A stretch of 64,000 nucleotides of DNA, from assembly GCF_963921235.1 (NCBI RefSeq), contig NC_086097.1, positions 43,464,001-43,528,000 of the forward strand. Reading direction: 5' to 3'. Of the stretch, positions 21,230-64,000 are shown one piece after another. Position 1 is the first letter of the stretch, and each line of letters starts with the position of its first letter. The notes under the pieces are model-generated. The model was not told the DNA's origin, ran no database searches, and saw only the letters and a program-made list of their open reading frames with translations. A program made the translations under genes and the position numbers. Origin of the DNA: Mobula hypostoma (Eukaryota).

Positions 21230-21660
21230 AACAAGAGAAAATCTGCAGGTGCTGGAAGTCCAAGCAACACACAAAATGCTGGAGGAATTCAGCAGGCTGG
21301 GCAGGGCAGCATCTATGGGGGGGAAAAAGTACAGTCCATGCTTCAGGCTGAGACCCTTTAGAGAGACTTTTTTTCTCTCCGGTCCTGCTGAAGGGTCTCG
21401 GCCCAAAATGTTGACTGTACGGTTTTTCCATAGATACTGCCTGGCCAGCTGAGTTCCTCTAGCATTTTGTGTTGCTGTGATGTAGTTAAAGCATGGACCA
21501 GTACACCATCTTGCACTGGCATCTTCCCCCTTTCTCTCCACTGCTAATGATGGGTCTTTGCCCAAAACATTCCCCCTCCACAGATGCTGCCTGACCTCTG
21601 CGTTGTTCCAGCATTTTGTGTGTTGCTGTGTATTTCCAGCACCAGCAAAATCTTGTTTAT
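21230..21660. mobile_element. Penelope-type fold-back element plus an adjacent arm
   Basis: Inverted arms 21230-21360 and 21382-21478; second arm at about 21545-21658. Confidence 0.65.
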
Positions 21661-21699
21661 GATGTAGAGGTGTGTTCAGCACAGGACTGATGAGTATTT

Positions 21700-23240
21700 G
21701 GAGAAACTTGGTCTTAACAGGGATGGTCAGCATGACTTTTTGAGGGGCGATTGTACCTCGAACCTGAGTGATTTTTATTTTGAGGAAGTAGCAAAACAGA
21801 CTGAAGCTAGTGCAGTGAATATGGTATAATGGATTTTAGTTACATAAATGAAATTCTGTAGATGCTCGAAACCTAAAGCAAAGTACACAAAATGCTGGAG
21901 GAAATTAGTAGGTCAGGCAGCATCCTTGGAAATCAACATACAGTAGATGTTTTGAGCTGATGCCCTTCAGGATTTTGGGTGTTTGAAAAGGTTTTCTGTT
22001 GTAGGCTGATTCAGTCCATGGAAACTTGGCAGTCCAGATTCAGAATTGGCTTGTAGACAGAGTGTAATCTGCCTGGGGGTCAGTGACTAGTGATGTTCTG
22101 CAGAGATCAGTTCTGGGACTTTTAAAAATACCTGTATGAATTACTTGGATGAGTAAGTGGAAGGTGGATTAGTAAGTTTGCAGATGATACAAGGGTTGGT
22201 GGTGTGGAGAGTATAGAAGACTGACCTGTGTTACAACAGGACAGAGGATGCAGACTGGGCTGAGAAGTGGCAGACCAAAAGATGATGGGAGCAAATTAGG
22301 CCATTTAGCCCACTGAGCCTGCCCCATGGCTGAGTTACTTCCCTTCTCAACCCCACCCTCCTGCCTGTGGCCCGAAACATCTACTGCACTCTTCCATAGA
22401 TGCTGCTTGGCCTGCTGAGTTTCTCCAGCATTTTAGAAACATAGAAAACCTACAGCACAATGCAGGCCCTTCAGCCCGCAAAACTGTGCCAAACATGTCC
22501 TTGCCTGAGAAATTACCTAGGGTTACCCATTGCCCTCTATTTTTCCGAGCTCCATATACCTGTCCGGGAGTCTCTTAAAAGACACTTAAAAGGTACACTT
22601 TGGAAGGACAAACTCCAGGGCAGAGTACAAAGTAAATGGCAGGATACTTAGTAGTGTGGAGGAGCAGAGGGATCTGGGGGTACATGTCCACAGGTCCCTG
22701 AAAGTTGCCTCACGATGTAATGATGCAGCTCTATAAAACTCTGGTTAGGCCACACTTGGAGTACTGTGTCCAGTTCTGGTCGCCTCACTATAGGAAGGAT
22801 GTGGAAGCATTGGAAAGGGTACAGAGGAGATTTACCAGGATGCTGCCTGGTTTAGAGAGTGTGCATTATGATCAGAGATTAAGGGAGCTAGGGCTTTACT
22901 CTTTGGAAAGGAGGAGGATGAGAGGAGACCTGGTGTACAAGATATTAAGAGGAATAGATAGAGTGGATAGCCAGCCCCCTCTTCCCCAGGGCACCACTGC
23001 TCAATACAAGAGGACATGGCTTTAAGGTAAGGGGTGGGAAGTTCAAGGGGGATAGTAGAGGAAGGTTTTTTTACTCAGTGGTGCGTGGAATGCACTGCCT
23101 GAGTCAGTGGTGGAGGCAGATGCACTAGTGAAGTTTAAGAGACTACTAGACAGGTAAATGGAGGAATTTAAGGTTGGGGTTATAGGAGAGGCAGGGTTTG
23201 AGGGTTGGCACAACATTGTGGGCCGAAGGGCCTGTACTGT
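21700..23240 (+). mobile_element. CR1 fragments with nested repeats
   Basis: ORF 22705 LYKTLVRPHLEYCVQFWSPHYRKDVEALERVQRR. Confidence 0.8.
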
Positions 23241-24149
23241 GCTGTACTATTCTACGTTCTAAAAGACCTTGTTGTATCTGCCTCCACCACCATCGGTGGC
23301 AGTCCATTCCACACACTCACCACACTCTGCATTTATATTTAAAAAAAAAACACTTAACCCCTGACATCTCCCCTGTACCTACTTCCAAGCACCTTAAAAC
23401 TGTGCCCTCTTGTGCTAGCTATTTCAGTCCTGGGGAAAAAGCCTCTGACTATCCACACCACCACAAGGAAATCTGCAGATGCTGGAATTTCAAGCAACAC
23501 ATAAAAATTGCTGGTGCATGCAGCAGGTGCTCTATAGGAAGAGGTACAGTTGACGTTTTGGGCTGGGACCCTTCGTCAGGACTATCCACACAACCAATTT
23601 TGTGTATATTGCTTTTTACACAGGTCATACCTTCCCCAGAAGAGATCCCAAAGATCCAGAAATCTGAAACCTTGCTCATCTTCACTAGTTACTTGGCCAC
23701 ACATTCATCTGTCAAACCATCCTAATCTTACTCTGATGGGTGATACAGGAAGCAATCCAGATATTGCTACACTGGAGGTCCTGCTTTTCAGTTTTCCACC
23801 TAGTTCCCTAAATTCTCTTCAGGACCTCCCTGGATTTCCTATCTATATCAATAGTGCCAATATGTACTTTTAGCTGCTCACCCTTCCTTTTTAGAATGTT
23901 GTGGACCCAATCTGCGACCCCCCTGGCATCTAGCAGGCAACATACCATCCAGGTTTTCTATCGCATCCACAAAATCTAGTGTCTATTCTTACCATGAAAT
24001 CTCCTATCACTACTGAACTCCTCTTCTGAGCCACAGTGTCGAGATGCAGTTGCTGTGGCTCCCCCAGGGTAGGTCATCCCCTTAAACAGTATAGTTAATA
24101 CTGAGGGGAAAGGGGAACAGCCACAGGGAAACTATATCGGACTGCAAAA

Positions 24150-24580
24150 CACTTCAGCTTGTGGTGAAAACTTCCCGGCGGATTATTGCCACCCAATTGC
24201 CCACCATTGAGAACATCTACCATAAATGCTGCCTGGGCAGGACGAGAAGCATTATCAAGGATGCATCTCACCCTAACCATGGACCTTTCACTTTCCTCCC
24301 ATCTGGTAGGTGCTACAGGAGCCTCTGCTCCCACACCAGCAGGCACAGGAAGAGCTTCTTCCCTGAGGCTGTGGCCCTGCTGAACCTCACATCACAGCAC
24401 TAATCAATGTTGCACCCATATTGTACTATCTCAGTACTTCTATATTTGTATGCTGTAGCACTTTTTATTTGCAGTTATTTTGTAAATAACACTATCCTTT
24501 GCATTTCTGGTTAGATGCTAACTGCATTTCATTGGCTTTGTATCTGTACTCAGCACAATGACAAAGTTGAATCAATCTAG
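24150..24580 (+). mobile_element. Rex/L2-type LINE 3' end
   Basis: ORF 24161 (IIKDASHP.H..F..LPSGR.YRSL...T.R...SFFP.AV). Confidence 0.75.
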
Positions 24581-25814
24581 TGTAATGAATCTAAGCTGAA
24601 GTTCTTGAAATTGACTCTGCAGGTTGTGGAATCAATTCAGAGTTGAGATGAGTAATATTATCCATGCCATTTTGGGGTAATAACAGTTCTGGAACCTGGC
24701 AGTGTGGATCCTAAGGCTCCTGTACCTCTTACCCGATGGTAGTAGCGAGAAAAGAGCATGGCCTGGATGGTGGGGGTCCTTGATGCACGTCAACCCTTGT
24801 AAATGCATTCAATAGTGGGGAGGGCTTTGCCTGTGATAGACTGGGCTATAGCCACCACTTCCTGTAATTTTCATTCCTCTCCTTTGGTGTTTTCATACCA
24901 GGTTGTGATGCAGCCAGTTTGGAGACACTCCATTGTGAACCTATAGAAGTTTGTCAAAGTTTTAGTGACATGCTGAATCGATGCAAACTTCTGAGTATTG
25001 CATCTGTATTGTACTGTTTCAGTCCTTTTATATTTGTGTGCTGTAGCACTTTTTATTTGCAGTTATTTTGTAAATAACATTATTCTTTGCATCTCTGGTT
25101 AGATGCTAACTGCATTGCATTGGCTTGATATCTGTACTTGGCACAATGACAATACAGTTGAATCTAATCTATACTGGCTGCCCATTTCCTCCCTTCTGAC
25201 AATCACCTATTTGCTTGCCTCCTACAACTCAGGGGTGATTACCTGCCTGCAGCTCCTATCACCACCTCAGTTTCCCGTACGAGCCAAAGGTCATTGACCT
25301 GCAGTTCAGTGCACCTGGTGCAGATGTGGTTATGCACAAGGCTGGATAATAATTCCCACATATCACAGAAGACAACACAACCCCTGGAGTCCCACACTGG
25401 AAGAATTGTGTTCAGTTTTGGTTATCTCATTATTGGATAGATGTGGAAGCCTTAGAGTGGGTGCAGAGACTTGCCAGACGCTGCCTGGATTAGAAAACAT
25501 TCGGAGAGGTACTGTTTTTCTCTTTGGCGTGCACAAGGCAACTTTTAACGGACCAGCGTGGACAGTCACTACCTTTGTCCCAGAATAGAAACTGCCATTA
25601 CCACAGGGCATCAATTTAAGGGGAGATGTCAAAGGTAGTCATTTTAAGTGTCAACTGTATGATAGATAGATAGATGTGTAGACACACACACATACATACA
25701 CTGCTTGGCCTGCTGAGTTCCTCCAGCATTTTGTATGTGTTGCTTGAATTTCCAGCATCTGCAAATGTTCATTTGTCATTTTACACAGTTTTAAGAGACT
25801 GAGGCCACCTGTCA

Positions 25815-26170
25815 GTTGACTATGGACATTGTGTCCTAGCTGTCCAGGTATGTCAGCCTGAGCAGTACAATATGGAGAGCAAGCTGTTGCCCATGTAGAA
25901 AGCTCCCCCTCTTCACACAACTAATAAAACCAAAGGAATGGCAGAGACCAATACAGTTTAGTACCAGCAGCATCACAGGAGTTATCAGTCAGCACTGAAC
26001 TCAATGTAGGACTGCCTTTGGGACTCCAACTCCAGATTTTTCCCTCTGGGTTTGCTTTCAAAGCCTTCATTTGTGGGCATAGCTGCAAAGCAGTGGAGAT
26101 TTGAGATCGGAGTTTCCCTGTTCCTGGGTGAACTGCCAACCACTGCTGACGAGCCCCATCTGCCTGAAGT
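25815..26170 (-). mobile_element. Partial copy of the RTE-like repeat, inserted in a CR1 3' end
   Basis: ATGGAGAGCAAGCTGTTGCCCATG...CTGACGAGCCCCATCTGCC is shared with the 11240 copy. Confidence 0.6.
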
Positions 26171-26679
26171 TGAGAGACACTTATGGATGAAAGGATTATG
26201 TAGGAGGGAAGGGTTAGATTGATCATAAGAGTAGGTTTATATGGGTTGTTCAACACTGCAGGCTAGAAGGGCCTGTGCTATGTTCTGACAGAATTCAGTG
26301 CAAGCTGGATGAAATTCAGCTTTACTGTAGCTGGTTCATGTAGTTATGACATTTATTTGAATAGCATTACTGAACCTGTGGAAATGGTTGTACTACTTTT
26401 GCAAGGATTAAAGGCCTTTGACAATACCTCACTCTCATTGTACTTAAACCAGCAACAGGGCACGGAGTTTCCAGCAGTGATGCACTGGTTGTCTTGGGTA
26501 GGGGGGCAGCTTGTTTGACCTTCCATTTGTGGGTAAAGTCCAGATGGACCAAACTGTCAAATGCATAAGATTTGACACAAAGTCAGTATTTGTGTCTTGT
26601 GTTGTGAGGTTGTGGATCTAATGTCTAGTCTAGCAGCTGTGGTCACAGCTTTAGTTTTTCTGTTAATGTTTGCTTTATC

Positions 26680-27600
26680 TGGTTGGCTGCCAGTGACTAG
26701 TGCTGTGACACTACTTTTTATGCTGTATATCAATGACTTAGTATCATCTGCAAACTTAGCAACAAAGGCATCTATTCAGTCAGCTAAGATTGGAGGGGCA
26801 GGTAGTGCTGAGTAAATGGGTCAGCTGCAGAAGGACTTGGGACCGATCAGGAGAATGGGCAAGAAAGTGGCAAATGAAATACAATATTGGAAAATGCATG
26901 GTCATGCACTTTGCCAGAAGTAAATATGCAGCCTGTTTTCTAAATGGAGAGAAAATCCAAAAATCTGAAATGCAAAGGGTCTTGGAAGTCCTTGTGCAGA
27001 ACACTAAGGGTTACTTTGCAGGTTGAGGAAGGTAAATGCAATGTTAGCATTCACATTTCAAGAGGCCTTGAATACAAGAGAAGGGAATGGATGTGATGCT
27101 GAGGCTTTATAAGGCACCTTGAGTATTATGAACAGTTTTAGGCTCACTTTAAAAAAGTGTTGGCATTGGAGAGGGTCTAGAGGCAGTTCACAAGGATGAT
27201 TCCGGGAATGAAAGGGTTCTCATACGAGGGATATTTGATTCCTCGGGGTCTGTACTCATTGGAATTTAGAAGGATTTTTTTTGGGGGGGGGGGAGAAATC
27301 ACTTTTCAACCTTTCTAATGTTGAAAGACCTAGACCAGGTGTCAGCAACCTTTTTGCCTCTGTGCTTCCCATGGTGGGGGATTCTAGGACAAGGGGCCAC
27401 AGCCTCAGGATAGAGGGTGTCCATTTAACACTGATGCAGAGAAACTTCTTTAGCCAGTAGGTGGTGAATTTGTGGAATTTACCACAGGTAGCAGAAGGCC
27501 AGGTGGTTTTGAGGAGCGAGTATAAAGGATCAGCCATTATTGAACGGTGAAGCAGACCTGATGGGCCAGATGTCCTAATCCTACTCCTCTGTCTCACTGA
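26680..27600 (+). mobile_element. CR1 3' fragment
   Basis: WARKWQMKYN.GKC.VMHF and ALERV.R.FTRMIPG motifs. Confidence 0.75.
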
Positions 27601-27969
27601 CAGAGCACTAAAACCGAATCTTGGTTCACCCTGCTGTCGATTAACATTAAATCGGCCCTGGCAATATACAAGAGGTGGCACGTTATCAATTCTGCATTAC
27701 CAAGATCGATGAATAAATGCAGTAACTGGAATGGCCCTAGAGCTTGCATATTGGAGGTTACCTACTACTCAGCATTCTGATGGGTAAAGAATTAACTAAT
27801 CCAGTGTAGGACCTTACATTAACTTCAAAATCCCCCAATTTATGGTTGACATGGGTTGGAATTTAGCCCATCTACAAATAGATCCAACAGGTTCTCTAAA
27901 ATTTTAAATAGATTTAAAATTCATTGTCCTTGACTTTGCTAGAAAAGAGTCTCAATCATGATGTGTAAT

Positions 27970-28104
27970 TTTATTAATTGCAAAAACAGCCATGAATCAG
28001 AGTTCTACATTTGCCAGCTCTTAAATTCAGCTATGTGCTCACAAACCTTCTCAACTTGTACCATTTTTTAAAAGATGAACAGTTTCCTTCTAAAATCATT
28101 TATT
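27970..28104 (-). terminator. Candidate DYNC1H1 polyadenylation signals (AATAAA at 28104-28099 and 27975-27970)
   Basis: Two AATAAA hexamers on the minus strand about 100 and 230 nt after the stop codon; which one is used is unknown. Confidence 0.55.
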
Positions 28105-28200
28105 ACACTGAAAGATTGCTACTAATTAATTTGAAATAATAGCATAAGCAATGTAATTTTGTAACTGTGGGTTACGTTCCCATGTAGCAATAATCAGCTT

Positions 28201-62594
<34,394 letters not shown>

Positions 62595-64000
62595 CTTTTC
62601 AAAAGATTAGTGTTTTAGGAAGTGGTAATAAAAAAACTAGATTTAATTCATTAAAACATGGCAACATACTGTGTATGAACTTTTACAATGAAGCTCTGGA
62701 TGCCAGTATTGGTTCCTTCAATATGCAAACCAGTGCTCCCAAAAATAACACGAGCTGAACTACTGGGTTTTCCTGAAGAACCAGTGAAGAAAATACATTA
62801 CGTGGACCCAATCAGGAAGAATTTAATTAAAAGGCGTGATTGAGTACATGATAAATTAAGAGAAATATAGCCAGCCAGTGCCAAGAAAGATTTTTGATTT
62901 GATTTATACAAACATATCGCAGACTCATCCAAAGTATAAAAGAGTGGAAATGGAAGAAACCAAAATAAACTGTGTGATTTTGTTTTATTAACATCTCTGG
63001 CCCACATTCAGGGTTGGACCATTAATTGAAACTTAAATTAATGCAAAACTAAAAATCAAATCTACATTTCATTATGAGGAATCTACAAGCAAATTTTCTA
63101 TTTGATCACATCAATCTGTCTCCAAATTCTCCCTGTTTTCCTCTCACTATTCTTCTGTTGTCTTAGTTAATGTTCAGAACTAGGTTAAGGAATTGTTTCT
63201 TATGATAGATGTGTAGGCAATAATATCAAACTGAAATTAAAAACACCAAATATTGGAAAGAGTTAACAGTAAGCAGAAATAGCCTATTCACCTCATTACA
63301 CATCAGGCATTAATTAGTATTTAGCAAGACTACAAAAGTGACAATAACCCAGGAATCTATTGAGCAGCTATTTTCTATCTTCTCCAGAATATAGTCAGGA
63401 ACAGTTATTACCCCTTAAATGTCAGCCTCCTAAACCAGGTCAGATAACTTCACTCCTTCACACTGAACTATCCCAAAACCCATGGAGTCACTTTCAAGGA
63501 CTCACGTTCTCAACATTATTTATTTTATTTTATTTTTTGTAATTACAGTTTCTCTTCTTATGCTCATTAGTTGTTTATGTGTAGTTTTCAATGATTCTTT
63601 GTCTATTATGAATGCCCACAAGAAAATGAAACTGAAGGTGTATATAGTGGCATATATGTACTTTGATAAGAAATTTACTTTGATTTCAAGATTTTCAATT
63701 CCAATTTTCTACGGCTTCAAGGCGCCTCATGAAGTGTGCGCTAGTTATACCCTTTCAAAAGATCACAAGTTTAGTATACAGAAATATCTAGATGACCGAA
63801 TATTTCATTTTGCCAACATACAGCTGTACTTTATTTGGATCCACTGAATTCTAGTATAATTATAAAAGCCAGTATAAAATTACACCCTGCAGTTTGTAAT
63901 TTTAAAATACTTTTTCACAGAACTGGACAGAACTTAATTTATTATAATGATCTAATTTCCTCTGTTCAAACGAACCAGAATAGAAAGTGGCAGAAGTTTA

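Noticed and set aside
23547..23583. Minus-strand hammerhead copy with an intact CTGACGA
   Set aside because: GAAA is mutated to AAAA and stem I is mismatched, so it is predicted inactive
24418..25172. Two ~160 bp similar segments (24418-24580 and 25007-25172)
   Set aside because: Both are 3' UTR tails of the same LINE family ending in (AATCT)n, with scattered differences; independent 5'-truncated insertions explain them

Overview
Vertebrate genomic DNA, AT-rich and dense in repeats. The repeat content (CR1, Rex/L2-type LINEs, Penelope-type fold-back elements, Tc1) suggests a cartilaginous fish such as a ray; this is an inference. The right half (minus strand, 62594 down to 28201) holds the last 22 coding exons of cytoplasmic dynein 1 heavy chain (DYNC1H1). 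They splice into one uninterrupted frame of about 1060 codons ending ...RGVALLCTE*, and one intron has a GC donor. The left half holds a convergent, uncharacterised plus-strand gene that I assembled by hand. It starts in a CpG-rich island (ATG 9647) and has 5-6 phase-compatible exons encoding about 280-300 aa. The most unusual signals are: an intact minimal type-I hammerhead ribozyme from a Penelope-type repeat, sense in intron 1 of that gene, with a possible dimer partner 1 kb downstream; a candidate HDV-like ribozyme fold at the 5' end of a ~520 bp RTE-like repeat; a near-perfect local inverted duplication in the same intron; an L1 with both ends and TSDs but no RT domain; and a ~80 bp direct repeat bracketing the last dynein exon. 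All coordinates and folds were read by eye, with no database searches.
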